From Mycobacterium sp. (lineage in GTDB: Bacteria > Actinomycetota > Actinomycetes > Mycobacteriales > Mycobacteriaceae), in NCBI RefSeq assembly GCF_019247615.1, contig NZ_JAFBAT010000269.1:5587-69586 (forward strand): a stretch of 64,000 bases of DNA. Reading direction: 5' to 3'. Below the pieces are notes generated by a model that was given only the letters and a program-made list of their open reading frames with translations, was not told the origin of the DNA and searched no databases. Below are positions 18,831 through 29,404 of this stretch, piece by piece. Each line of letters begins with the position of its first letter. Positions within the stretch are counted from its first letter, which is position 1. Made by a program: the position numbers and the translations under genes.

Positions 18831-19571
18831 TCAGCCAGGCTTGCCGGCGGCGACGAACTGCAACACGCGCTGCGTCTGTTGTTCGATGTCGACCAGACCG
18901 GCCGACGAAAACAACTCCACAAACGTGTGCCGATCGAACATCTTGAGTCCAATCAGCTGAGCGCCACCGGTCAGCACGCGTCGAAGCGGACCCGATTCGC
19001 CCGCATAACTGGTGAGGATCGCGATCCGGCCGCCGCGCCGCAGGACGCGCACCATCTCGCGCGCCACCCGGAAAGGCTCGGGCACCAGATACAGCGCCCC
19101 GAAGCAGCAGACGGCGTCGAAGGTTTCGTCGGCGAATGGCAAGGTGCGAGCGTCGCCGCGGACATAACAGGTGTGTGGTCCGGCGTTGTCCAGCACGGCG
19201 CGCGTGAGCATCGGCTCGGAGATGTCGAAACCCACCGCGAGGCCACCGGGCGCCAGCTGTTTCGCCAGTGGGGCAGTGAAATTGCCGGGACCGCAGGCGA
19301 CATCGAGCAACCGTTGAGCAGTGTTCAGACGCAGCGCCGACGCCGCGCGCCGCTGTTCGGCCCGTGCGGTGACGCCGCTTGCGGCGTAGAAGGACGTCGG
19401 ACGCCACAACCGCTCGTACACGGTGGCGACGATGGGGCTGTTCATGGCGCGCTGCGCGAATGTCGGGACCGGCGAACTGGTCGATTCGCCCAGCACGTCG
19501 AGGAATCCGTGGCGCAGCACGGCGGTCTGGTCGAGCAGATCTCGGGTCAGTTCGACGGGGTCCTGGTTCAT
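18831..19571 (-). CDS. class I SAM-dependent methyltransferase
   Basis: LLDVACGPGNF (motif I), GFDISEPML, FDAVCCFGALYLV, LRRGGRIAIL; start taken at the internal Met (MNQDPVEL). Confidence 0.8.
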   Translation of the reverse strand: MNQDPVELTRDLLDQTAVLRHGFLDVLGESTSSPVPTFAQRAMNSPIVATVYERLWRPTSFYAASGVTARAEQRRAASALRLNTAQRLLDVACGPGNFTAPLAKQLAPGGLAVGFDISEPMLTRAVLDNAGPHTCYVRGDARTLPFADETFDAVCCFGALYLVPEPFRVAREMVRVLRRGGRIAILTSYAGESGPLRRVLTGGAQLIGLKMFDRHTFVELFSSAGLVDIEQQTQRVLQFVAAGKPG

Positions 19572-19744
19572 GGGGCTGCAATTCTGGCGGCAATCACTGA
19601 GCAGCGTGCGCTGCAGTCGCAACTTTCAGGGTAGTGGCCTCAGGTGGGTTGTCGGACCGTGGTGCGCCCGCTTGCCTCGGCCGGAACATAGCTCATAACC
19701 TGGGCACGTCCGACTGCACAGGAGCGTCCGGCCTGGCGCAGTAG

Positions 19745-20758
<1,014 letters not shown>

Positions 20759-20763
20759 AGGGC

Positions 20764-21453
20764 ATGCGTCCGTTGCTGATTGGCACGGTGGCAATTTCCG
20801 TGTTCACACTGGTGATCGCTTCATGCGCGCACTCTCGCGCGCCCGCGCCTTCGGCGACGCCCACGAAATCACCAGCGGTTGCCCACACTGTGGTCAATCC
20901 CGCAAGCATCAAGCGGGTCGTCGGCGACCTGCCGCCCCACTACGAGGTGAGCACAAACATTCCCGCCATTGCCTCACCCCCGGTGATCTGGGGCGTGAAA
21001 CCCGATGGAACGACCAAACCGCCGCAATGCGCCGCGCTCGCCGATCCCGGTAGCGGACGTGACCACACCGCTCAGGGCGTGTCCGGGTCCGGCGCCGGCG
21101 GCATCGTCGACGCGGTGGTGGTGACTTTGCCGGGCCCGGTGGAACTCGACCGCAACGACTTTGCCGGATGCGGTCGGTGGACCATGACCGACGCGCACAC
21201 CACGGCCGTCGTTCGACTCATCGACGCCCCGCATATCGACGGAGCCGAAACCCTCGGCATGGTGGTCGACACCAAGTCGTCCGTCGAATCGGGTACCGAA
21301 ATCGATTCGCGCGTATACACTTTCACGGCCTACCTGGGAAGCTACTACGCGTTCACCACCCTGACCGCCGACCCCGGTTCGGCACTGCCCGGGCTGCCGC
21401 CGCAATTCGCCGCCGATCTGCTGGTCAAAACGGTCTCCGCGTTGCGCAGTTGA
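20764..21453 (+). CDS. lipoprotein, DUF5642-like (Rv0999-like)
   Basis: Lipobox LVIASC; shares ..IDAPHIDGAETLG.. and a C-terminal ..LLVKTVSALRS with the next gene. Confidence 0.75.
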   Translation: MRPLLIGTVAISVFTLVIASCAHSRAPAPSATPTKSPAVAHTVVNPASIKRVVGDLPPHYEVSTNIPAIASPPVIWGVKPDGTTKPPQCAALADPGSGRDHTAQGVSGSGAGGIVDAVVVTLPGPVELDRNDFAGCGRWTMTDAHTTAVVRLIDAPHIDGAETLGMVVDTKSSVESGTEIDSRVYTFTAYLGSYYAFTTLTADPGSALPGLPPQFAADLLVKTVSALRS

Positions 21454-21481
21454 GCCCCCGCTCTTGGGTAGATTGGCCACG

Positions 21482-22138
21482 ATGTTGAAGGTGTTGCTCG
21501 CTAGCGCATCCGTGTGCGTGCTCGCCGGCTGCTCGGCTGGGACGGATCCCGCTTCGGCGAAGGCCGACATCAACAAGGTCGCCGAGGTTAAGTCGAGCTT
21601 CGGGCCGGAGTTCAACGTGACCGACGTCTCCGAAAGGGCGATCGACCCCCAACTGCTATCGGCCCACAAGCTGCCGGACGGCCTCACCTTCGACCCCGCC
21701 AACTGCGCCAAAATTGCCATGGGGCCGGAAATGCCGCCCGATTTGCAGGGCAATATGGCGGCGGTGTCCGCCGAGGGCAAGGGCAACCGGTTTGTGGTCA
21801 TCGCCGTGGAGACCTCGAAAGCCCTGCCGGTCAACGACCCGGGCAAGGACTGCAGCAGGGTGGGATTCACGGGTGCCCAGCTGCGGGGCGGCATCGAGGT
21901 CATCGATGCGCCGCACATCGACGGCGCCCGCACGAACGGCGTGCACCGGGTCCTGCAGGCGGTGGTGGCCGGCGGACCCCGCACCGGCGAGCTCTACGAC
22001 TATTCGGCGCAATTCGGCGATTACCAGGTGATCGTCATCGCCAATCCGCTGGTGATCCCGGGCCAGCCGGTCACCGCGGTCGACATCCAGCGTGCCCGCG
22101 ACCTACTAGTCAAGGCCGTGGCGGCGGTCCGGAGCTAG
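21482..22138 (+). CDS. lipoprotein, paralog of the preceding DUF5642-like gene
   Basis: MLKVLLASASVCVLAGC lipobox; ..IDAPHIDGARTNG.., ..LLVKAVAAVRS. Confidence 0.75.
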   Translation: MLKVLLASASVCVLAGCSAGTDPASAKADINKVAEVKSSFGPEFNVTDVSERAIDPQLLSAHKLPDGLTFDPANCAKIAMGPEMPPDLQGNMAAVSAEGKGNRFVVIAVETSKALPVNDPGKDCSRVGFTGAQLRGGIEVIDAPHIDGARTNGVHRVLQAVVAGGPRTGELYDYSAQFGDYQVIVIANPLVIPGQPVTAVDIQRARDLLVKAVAAVRS

Positions 22139-22255
22139 CGCGACGACGGCGAGCGCCGGGACGGCGCGAGTAAGGAGTCGCGCCATCAGACCTAGCGCGA
22201 CGACGGCGAGCGCGGGGACGGCGCGAGTAAGGAGTCGCGCCATCAGGGCTAGCGC
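22136..22255. repeat. 2 x 57-bp tandem repeat (MIRU/VNTR-like) plus partial third unit
   Basis: The unit is TAGCGCGACGACGGCGAGCGCCGGGACGGCGCGAGTAAGGAGTCGCGCCATCAGACC. Units span 22136-22192 and 22193-22249, with 3 mismatches between them. Each unit holds the hairpin GGCGCGA-gtaaggag-TCGCGCC. Confidence 0.85.
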
Positions 22256-22845
22256 ACGTCGCGGGGCCGGAACTGGATGCTGACGCGCGGACCCGTGGGA
22301 GCCGACGTCTTCGGGACCGAGTGCTCCCACGTCCGTTGGCACGATCCGCCCATCACCAGCAGATCGCCGTGTGCCTGCGGCAGCCGCAACGAGGACCCGC
22401 CGCCACGCGGTCGCAGCGCAAAGGTTCTGGTGGCGCCGAGGCTGACGATCGCCACCATGGTGTCCTGCGAGCTACTGCGACCGATGGTGTCGCCGTGCCA
22501 AGCGACGCTGTCGGACCCGTCGCGATAACAGCACAATCCCACCGTCGTGAAGGGCTCCCCGAGTTCGCCGGCGTAGATGTCGTTGAGCCGTCGGCGCAGC
22601 CGCGCCAGCATCGGATGCGGCGGATCTTCGACCGTCAGGTCGTGAAAGCTGACCAGCCTCGGGACGTCGACCACGCGGTCGTACATGTGCCGGCGCTCGG
22701 CCCGCCAGGGCACCGTCGAGAGCAGCGCGTCGAGCAGGCCGTCGGCGTCGGTCAGCCAGCCGGCGCGGATCTCGATGAACGCGCCGTCACCGAGTTCCCT
22801 GCGCTCGGTGTGCTCGAAGAGTGATCCCTGCACCGCGATCCCCAC
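22249..22845 (-). CDS. Fe(II)/2-oxoglutarate-dependent dioxygenase, AlkB-like (Rv1000c-like)
   Basis: [48 protein letters not shown]: HxD..H..R motif set. Confidence 0.85.
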   Translation of the reverse strand: MGIAVQGSLFEHTERRELGDGAFIEIRAGWLTDADGLLDALLSTVPWRAERRHMYDRVVDVPRLVSFHDLTVEDPPHPMLARLRRRLNDIYAGELGEPFTTVGLCCYRDGSDSVAWHGDTIGRSSSQDTMVAIVSLGATRTFALRPRGGGSSLRLPQAHGDLLVMGGSCQRTWEHSVPKTSAPTGPRVSIQFRPRDVR

Positions 22846-22934
22846 GCCCGCAGTTTATCGCACAACAGTTCGATGAGGAGGGGACCGGCCGGTCGAGCGG
22901 CTACCGTTTAGTTGTGGGCTTTAATGGAGGCTCA

Positions 22935-24137
22935 GTGGAGTTGGGCACCAATTCCGAGGTGGGCGCGCTGCGTATCGCCATCCTGCACCGCCCCGGCGAC
23001 GAACTGGCTCGACTGAATCCGCGCAACAACGACCAACTCTTGTTCGACGGGTTGCCGTGGGTCGCGCGTGCTCAGGAGGAGCACGACGAGTTCGCGGAGC
23101 TGCTGCGCTCCCGCGGCGTCGAGGTGCTGCTGCTGTCCGACCTGCTGACCGAATCGCTGCGCCACAGCGGGGCCGCCCGCATGCAGGGGGTCGCGTCCGC
23201 GGTCGACGCGCGTCGCCTCGGAATGCCGCTGGCGCAAGAGGTCTCGGCCTACCTGCGCGGTCTGGACCCGGTCAGACTGGCCAACGTCCTGATGGCCGGC
23301 ATGACGTTCAACGAGCTGCCGTCGGCCACCCGCACAGCCGGGTCGTTGGTGCTTCGCATGCACCACGGCGGAGATTTCGTCATCGACCCATTGCCCAATC
23401 TGGTCTTCACCCGTGACTCGTCGGTATGGATCGGGCCGCGGGTGGTGATCCCTACCCTGGCGCTGCGGGCCCGGGTACGCGAGGCGTCGTTGACCGATCT
23501 CATTTATGCCCATCACCCGCGGTTCACCGGCGTGCGGCGCGCATACGAGTCGCGCACCGCTCCAGTCGAGGGTGGGGACGTGCTTTTGCTCGCGCCGGGC
23601 GTGATTGCGGTCGGCGTGGGGGAGCGGACGACGCCGGCGGGTGCGGAGGCGCTGGCGCGCAGCCTTTTCGATGACGGCCTTGCCGACACGCTGCTCGCCG
23701 TGCCGATCGCCCAGCGGCGCGCTCAGATGCATCTCGACACGGTGTGCACGATGGTCGATACCGATTCCTTGGTGATGTACGCGAACATCGTCGACACGCT
23801 CTCCGCGTTCACGATCCGGCGCACGCCCGATGGCGTGGACATCGGCGACGAGGCCCCGTTTCTCGAGGCCGCGGCAGCCGCGATGGGGGTCGACAAGCTG
23901 CGGGTGATCGACACGGGCTCCGACCCCGACATCGCCGAACGCGAGCAGTGGGACGACGGCAACAACACGTTGGCCCTCGCGCCCGGCGTCGTCGTCGCCT
24001 ATGAGCGCAACGTGCAGACCAACGCCCGCCTGCGAGAGGCGGGCATCGAAGTGCTGACCATCGACGGGTCGGAACTGGGCACCGGCCGCGGCGGCCCCCG
24101 TTGCATGACCTGTCCCGTCGCCCGCGACGCCCTCTAG
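22935..24137 (+). CDS. arcA: arginine deiminase
   Basis: Start GTG 22935 (GGAGG sits 5 nt upstream): [53 protein letters not shown], with the catalytic Cys near the C-terminus. Confidence 0.95.
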   Translation: MELGTNSEVGALRIAILHRPGDELARLNPRNNDQLLFDGLPWVARAQEEHDEFAELLRSRGVEVLLLSDLLTESLRHSGAARMQGVASAVDARRLGMPLAQEVSAYLRGLDPVRLANVLMAGMTFNELPSATRTAGSLVLRMHHGGDFVIDPLPNLVFTRDSSVWIGPRVVIPTLALRARVREASLTDLIYAHHPRFTGVRRAYESRTAPVEGGDVLLLAPGVIAVGVGERTTPAGAEALARSLFDDGLADTLLAVPIAQRRAQMHLDTVCTMVDTDSLVMYANIVDTLSAFTIRRTPDGVDIGDEAPFLEAAAAAMGVDKLRVIDTGSDPDIAEREQWDDGNNTLALAPGVVVAYERNVQTNARLREAGIEVLTIDGSELGTGRGGPRCMTCPVARDAL

Positions 24138-24218
24138 CGCTGTCCACCGAGATTCCCGCCATGGTCATGGTCGACGCGCGATGCACAGCCTTGACGGCAA
24201 TCTCGATGGGCCCCGGTG

Positions 24219-25790
24219 CTACCGCCAGCTCGGCAACCAGATCTCCATGTTCCAGGTCTGTTGGGAGATTGCCAGACCGGTGAGCACCGGGACCAGCCAC
24301 GCGAAGTTCGTCACCACCAACGCGACGTAAAAGCTCACGGCGATCAACCCCAGCGTGCGTCGCTCGGAACCTTGATGCTTGCGGGCATGCAGAATGTCGC
24401 CGCAGATCAGCGCGATGGCCATGACCAGGAACGGCGCCATCGTCGCCGCGTAGAAGAAGTACATCTGCCGGTCGATGTCGGCGAACCAGGGCAGCCAGCC
24501 GGCGCAGTAGCCGGTCAAGACCGCGGCGTAGCGCCAGTCGCGCCGAACCAGCGTCCGCCATAAGGCGTACAGCAGGACCGGCACGGCCAGCCACCACATG
24601 GCGGGGGTGCCCACCAGCATCTCGGCCCTGACGCACGACTGTGCGCCGCAACCGGGAACGTTCTGTTGGTCGATGGCGTACAGCACCGGCCGCAAGGACA
24701 TCGGCCAGCTCCACGGTTTGGATTCCCACGGGTGGTAGTTGCCGGCCGAATTCGTCAGGCCCGCATGGAATTCGAAGGCCTTCGCCGTGTAGTGCCACAG
24801 CGACCTGATGGCGTCGGGGAGCGGCACAACTGAGTGGGGACCAATCGACTGGCCCACCTCGTGGCGGTCGATCGCCGTCTCGGAGGCGAACCACGGCGCA
24901 TAGCTGGCCAGGTAGACCGCAAACGGGATGAGCACCAGCGCATACCCGGTGGGGACCACGTCACGGCGCAAAACTCCCCGCCAAGGGCTTCTCACCTGGT
25001 ACTGACGCCGTGCCGCCACGTCGAACGCCAGCGACATCGCGCCGAAGAACACCACGAAGTACAGTCCCGACCACTTTGTGCCGCACGCCAACCCGAGAAG
25101 AACGCCCGACAAGAAGCGCCACCAGCGAACACCCAGGCGCGGACCCCACACGGTTTCGGCGCTGCGGCCCTCCATCAGAGCGACGTGCATGCGGCGGCGC
25201 ACCTCGTCCCGGTCGACGATCAGCGCGCCGAACGCCGCGACCACGAAGAAGGTGAGCAGGCCGTCGAGCAAGGCGGTGCGCGCGGTGACAAAGCTCACGC
25301 CGTCGCAGATGACCAAGACCCCGGCGATGGCGCCGACCAGGGTCGACCGGCTGACCCGCCGGATTATCCGCATCACCAGCACCACCATCACCACGCCGAG
25401 CAATGCGCCGGTGAACCGCCAGCCCACCCCGTTGTAACCGAAGAGCGCCTCGCCGATGGCGATCAGTTGCTTGCCGACCGGCGGATGCACGACGAGGCCG
25501 TAGCCGGGGTTGTCTTCCACCCCATGGTTGTGCAGCACCTGCCAGGCCTGGGGTGCGTAGTGCTTCTCGTCGAAGACGGGCGTGCCCGCGTCGGTGGGCG
25601 AGCCCAGGTAGAAGAACCGGGTCACCGCTGCCAGCACCGCGATCACTCCGGTTGCGACCCACCCGCGGACGTGGTCGGTCGGACCGAAATCCGCGACCGG
25701 AACCAGCGGTCCGGGGCTCACGACGGGGACGACGCGCTCGACGCGGTTTTCCGGTTCGACGGAGCTCTCGCGGGGCGGGGCGGTCATCAC
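24219..25790 (-). CDS. pmt: protein O-mannosyltransferase (dolichyl-phosphate-mannose type; Rv1002c-like)
   Basis: 523 aa, polytopic; N-terminal loop with DEKHYA (DE motif); PMT-family architecture. Confidence 0.9.
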   Translation of the reverse strand: MMTAPPRESSVEPENRVERVVPVVSPGPLVPVADFGPTDHVRGWVATGVIAVLAAVTRFFYLGSPTDAGTPVFDEKHYAPQAWQVLHNHGVEDNPGYGLVVHPPVGKQLIAIGEALFGYNGVGWRFTGALLGVVMVVLVMRIIRRVSRSTLVGAIAGVLVICDGVSFVTARTALLDGLLTFFVVAAFGALIVDRDEVRRRMHVALMEGRSAETVWGPRLGVRWWRFLSGVLLGLACGTKWSGLYFVVFFGAMSLAFDVAARRQYQVRSPWRGVLRRDVVPTGYALVLIPFAVYLASYAPWFASETAIDRHEVGQSIGPHSVVPLPDAIRSLWHYTAKAFEFHAGLTNSAGNYHPWESKPWSWPMSLRPVLYAIDQQNVPGCGAQSCVRAEMLVGTPAMWWLAVPVLLYALWRTLVRRDWRYAAVLTGYCAGWLPWFADIDRQMYFFYAATMAPFLVMAIALICGDILHARKHQGSERRTLGLIAVSFYVALVVTNFAWLVPVLTGLAISQQTWNMEIWLPSWR

Positions 25791-25811
25791 GTCGATCGTA
25801 GGCTGTCCGTC

Positions 25812-26651
25812 ATGACCTCTGGTCGCCTACTGCTTGGCGCGACCCCGCTGGGGCAGCCGTCGGACGCCTCTCCGCGCCTGATCGACGCGCTGTCTCGGGC
25901 CGATGTCGTGGCGGCGGAGGACACCCGTCGGCTGCGCATCCTGGCCAAGGCGCTCGACGCACCCATCAACGGCCGAGTGGTCAGCCTGTACGACCGAGTC
26001 GAGGCCGCGCGCGTGCCCTCCCTGGTCGATGCGATCGGGGCCGGCGCGACGGTGCTGCTGGTCAGCGACGCGGGCATGCCGTTGATCAGCGACCCCGGCT
26101 ACCGGTTGGTCGCGGCCTGCGTCGATGCCGGCGTTTCGGTGTCGTGTCTGCCCGGGCCGTCCGCCGTGACGACCGCGCTGGCGGTGTCCGGTCTGCCGTC
26201 GGACAGGTTCTGCTTCGAGGGGTTCGCTCCGCGCAAGAAATCGGCACGCCGAACATGGTTGGGCTCCCTGGTCGACGAGGCTCGCACGTGCGTGTTCTTC
26301 GAATCACCGCGCCGGTTGCCCGCGTGCCTGCGCGACGCGGTGGAGCAGCTCGGGGGTGCCCGCCGGGCGGTGGTCTGCCGGGAGCTGACCAAGGTGCACG
26401 AGGAGGTCGTGCGCGGGTCGCTCGAGGAGCTGGCGACGTGGGCGGCCGACGGTGTGCTCGGCGAGATCACCGTCGTGCTCGAGGGCGCGACCCCGCGCAC
26501 CGATATGGCATCGCTGCTGGCCCAGGTCGACGAGCTGGTCGCGGCGGGGGTGCGGGTCAAGGACGCGTGCAGCGAGGTCGCCGCGACCCATCCGGATGTG
26601 CGCTCGCGCCAGCTGTACGACGCGATTCTGCGATCACGCCAGAGCGATTAG
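25812..26651 (+). CDS. rsmI: 16S rRNA (cytidine1402-2'-O)-methyltransferase
   Basis: MTSGRLLLGATPLG..EDTRR..LVSDAGMPLISDPG..LPGPSAVTTAL..ESPRR..RELTKVHEE. Only the last 279 codons of track ORF 24834-26651 are real. Confidence 0.9.
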   Translation: MTSGRLLLGATPLGQPSDASPRLIDALSRADVVAAEDTRRLRILAKALDAPINGRVVSLYDRVEAARVPSLVDAIGAGATVLLVSDAGMPLISDPGYRLVAACVDAGVSVSCLPGPSAVTTALAVSGLPSDRFCFEGFAPRKKSARRTWLGSLVDEARTCVFFESPRRLPACLRDAVEQLGGARRAVVCRELTKVHEEVVRGSLEELATWAADGVLGEITVVLEGATPRTDMASLLAQVDELVAAGVRVKDACSEVAATHPDVRSRQLYDAILRSRQSD

Positions 26652-26665
26652 GCGCCCTTCATTCG

Positions 26666-27919
26666 TCAGGGTATGCACAACCCGATTGGACCGAGGTGCG
26701 GGCCGATGCACCGCGGCTTGAGTAAGGTCAGCGGACCCGGCAGGTGCGGCAGGGCTTGCCCGGGGTGCGCGAACCATCCCGGCAACTTGGGTGCCCCCGG
26801 CAGGGCCTGCCGCGGGTGCGCGAACCATCCCGGTGCGGCCGGCAGCGCTTGCGCGGGGTGCGCCAGCCATCCCGGTGCGGCGGGTGGCGGTGGCAAACCA
26901 GCCCGTAGAGCCGCCAGATTGGGAGGTGCCGCCGGCAGCCTCGACAAAGCCGCTGGGCCCGGCAACCTCGGCAAAGATGCGCCCGGCGCCGCCGCTGCCA
27001 CGGGAGCCCGCAGCAAACCCGCTGTCGGTGAGGCCGCTGAGACCGGCAGGCCAGGCAGCGAGGATGCCGATGGAGGGCTCACCGTCGGGATGTTTGCCGT
27101 CACCGTCGGAATCGTTGTGGCCGCCGCCGCCGGAATGGTCGTCGTCGCACCCGGGATGGCCGCCACCGCTGCGGGAACCGCCGCCGCGGTGGCTGCAGGG
27201 CGCAGCTGGGAACTCAATTTGGTAAGGCCGGGGATCGAGGGGGCAGTGATCCCGGGAATCGAGCTGAGATTGCCACTAGAGATCTGGTTGAGACCGGGGA
27301 CCTGGGAGACAATCCCGTTAATGGCGGTAGTCCCGGGGAGGTTGCCGAAGTTCAGTCCCGGTGCTTTGACGTTGTTCGGCAACAAGCCCGCGGCCTGCAG
27401 GTAGAAAAGCGAAAGAGAGGTACTTGACGCAACGCCGGCAACACCTCCCGCCAGCCCAACGAGGGAGGTTGGCACCCCGATGACGGTGCCCCAGACCGAC
27501 TGGACCGCCTGCGCGTCGGCCGGTATGGAAGTCAGGCCGGCCATGCCCGGCACCGAGCCGGCCAACGGGTCACCGTCAGGTGCGGGCACTCCGCCAAGAC
27601 CGGGGCTTCCGGGGGCCGAGCCGCCCGGCGAAGCTGCCCCCGCGGGCGCCATGTGGGCGCCCGATGATCCCGAGTTCTGCGCAGGTGCGACCATGTTGGC
27701 CGCGGGCGAAGACGGTGTACGCTGCGCCGCGGGCGCCGCTGAAGCCGGCCCCCCCGGCGGCGACTGCGGCATGAGGACCGACCCCGCGTTGGCGCATCCG
27801 TTGACGCATGTGCCTCCGCCCGGGGACGGCGGCGCATTGCTGACCGAGGTCAGCGGCGTGACCGCCAGCGTCCCGCCCACCAGGGCAGACGCCGCGGCGC
27901 CGAGTAGAGCGACTCTCAT
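26666..27919 (-). CDS. secreted Pro/Ala/Gly-rich protein with C-terminal PGWFAHPxQALP repeats (Rv1004c-like position)
   Basis: Signal peptide MRVALLGAAASALVGGTLAVTPLTSVSNA; low-complexity body; three peptide repeats near the C-terminus; strong SD upstream. Confidence 0.7.
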   Translation of the reverse strand: MRVALLGAAASALVGGTLAVTPLTSVSNAPPSPGGGTCVNGCANAGSVLMPQSPPGGPASAAPAAQRTPSSPAANMVAPAQNSGSSGAHMAPAGAASPGGSAPGSPGLGGVPAPDGDPLAGSVPGMAGLTSIPADAQAVQSVWGTVIGVPTSLVGLAGGVAGVASSTSLSLFYLQAAGLLPNNVKAPGLNFGNLPGTTAINGIVSQVPGLNQISSGNLSSIPGITAPSIPGLTKLSSQLRPAATAAAVPAAVAAIPGATTTIPAAAATTIPTVTANIPTVSPPSASSLPGLPVSAASPTAGLLRAPVAAAAPGASLPRLPGPAALSRLPAAPPNLAALRAGLPPPPAAPGWLAHPAQALPAAPGWFAHPRQALPGAPKLPGWFAHPGQALPHLPGPLTLLKPRCIGPHLGPIGLCIP

Positions 27920-27924
27920 GACCT

Positions 27925-27992
27925 AAACCTCTCCAGACCTCTCCGACCCTGCGACCCTACGACCCTTCGACCCTGCGACCCTGCGACTGTCC
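27925..27992. repeat. short tandem repeats in the 5' leader: 2 x 10-mer and 5-6 x 8-mer
   Basis: The minus strand reads (GCAGGGTC-like octamer) x5-6, then GGAGAGGTCT GGAGAGGTTT AGGTC ATG. Confidence 0.8.
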
Positions 27993-28093
27993 AGCCGTCG
28001 GCTCGCTATCGGCGCGATGTCTGAATCTTATGCGCAGCCGGCCGCGGGCGGGCGTTATCCCCAACATTCATATCCGGCGCACCGGCATGTCAG

Positions 28094-29347
28094 CTAACCG
28101 ACCGACGCGGCGGCCGCGACGCGCGGCGAGCGGACGATCGGGGCCGCCTTGTGGAGGCACTCCTCCCATTCGGCGTCGGGATCGGAGTCAGCGGTGATTC
28201 CGCCGCCGACGCCCAGCACGGCGCTGCCGCCGGCGGGAAACTCGACCGTGCGGATCGCGACGTTCAGCTCACAGCCCGCGACGGGTGATGCCAAACCAAT
28301 CGTGCCGCAATACACTCCACGACGGCTGGCCTCCCATTGTGAAATAAGTTGGCGTGCACGATGTTTGGGCGTTCCGGTGACTGAGGCGGGCGGGAAGGCG
28401 GCGTCCAGCAGCGCCGAGGCGGGCAGCTCGACGGGGACCTGCGCCGACACCGTGGACACCAGGTGCCATACGCCCGGCGCGGGCCGCACGACCAAGAGCT
28501 CCGGCACGGTGACGGTGCCGACGGTCGCCACCCGGCCGAGGTCGTTGCGAACCAGGTCCACGATCATGATGTTCTCGGCTACTTCTTTGGCCGACGACCG
28601 CAGCGCGGACGGCCAGGCATCCAGCGGCAAGGTGCCCTTGATCGGGCTGGACGTCACGACCGTTCCGCGGCGCCGCAGGAAGAGTTCCGGAGACAGCGAC
28701 GCCACCGCTCCCCACGGGCCTTCGAGATAGGCCGCCCGGGCCGGAGACGTGCGTGCGACGCCGTCGATGAAGAAGTCCAAGGGGGCGCCGCTGAGGGTCC
28801 CGCTGAACTGTGTGCACACGCATGCTTGGTAGACCTCGCCGGCGCCGATCGCCTCCAGGCACGCTAGTACCCCGTCACGGTGAGCCGCGCGGTCGGCGGG
28901 ACCCCAGGCGATGTCGCAAGCGCGTGCAACTGGCGGCGCCTCGGCGAGCGCGGCCGCCAACCAGCCCGGCATGGGCGCACCCGAGAGGCTGTCATACCAC
29001 CACCGGCCCTCGCGGTCTTGCCGCAGGACGCAGTCCGTCCAACCGCCCGCGGCTTCCGGAATCCGGTTCGGGCGCCCGTCGGCAGCGGGATCGGGATAGC
29101 ACCGATAGCCGAGCCAGCCACCGCCGACGACTCGGCTGCTCGGCGCCTGCGGCCCCGGGGGGATTGCGAACGCATCGTTTGCGTCCACGGGCTGCACCGA
29201 GAGGCTCGGGGCGATGATCGCGAGCGCCCCGAACCACTCGCCGGTCAGTGCGGCGGGCGGCGGCAATCCAAGGCGTGCGGTGGCGTTGCCGACGGCGCCC
29301 AGCACGCAAGGTGCGGCCCCGAGGTCACCCAGCCGGTCGATCCGCAC
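28094..29347 (-). CDS. pabB: aminodeoxychorismate synthase component I
   Basis: SPELFLRR..TSSPIKGT..ENIMIVDLVRNDLGRV..GVYCGTIGLASP..IRT: chorismate-binding enzyme motifs; Rv1005c position. Confidence 0.85.
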   Translation of the reverse strand: MRIDRLGDLGAAPCVLGAVGNATARLGLPPPAALTGEWFGALAIIAPSLSVQPVDANDAFAIPPGPQAPSSRVVGGGWLGYRCYPDPAADGRPNRIPEAAGGWTDCVLRQDREGRWWYDSLSGAPMPGWLAAALAEAPPVARACDIAWGPADRAAHRDGVLACLEAIGAGEVYQACVCTQFSGTLSGAPLDFFIDGVARTSPARAAYLEGPWGAVASLSPELFLRRRGTVVTSSPIKGTLPLDAWPSALRSSAKEVAENIMIVDLVRNDLGRVATVGTVTVPELLVVRPAPGVWHLVSTVSAQVPVELPASALLDAAFPPASVTGTPKHRARQLISQWEASRRGVYCGTIGLASPVAGCELNVAIRTVEFPAGGSAVLGVGGGITADSDPDAEWEECLHKAAPIVRSPRVAAAASVG

Positions 29348-29404
29348 CGCCCTAGCTTGACAGAGTTCGTACTGCCGTGTTCCTGGCGTACGCGGTCCGT
29401 ACGT

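Noticed and set aside
24834-25811. N-terminal 326 codons of track ORF 24834-26651
   Set aside because: This part is antisense to pmt. Only the segment from ATG 25812 (MTSGRLLLGATPLG..) matches RsmI.
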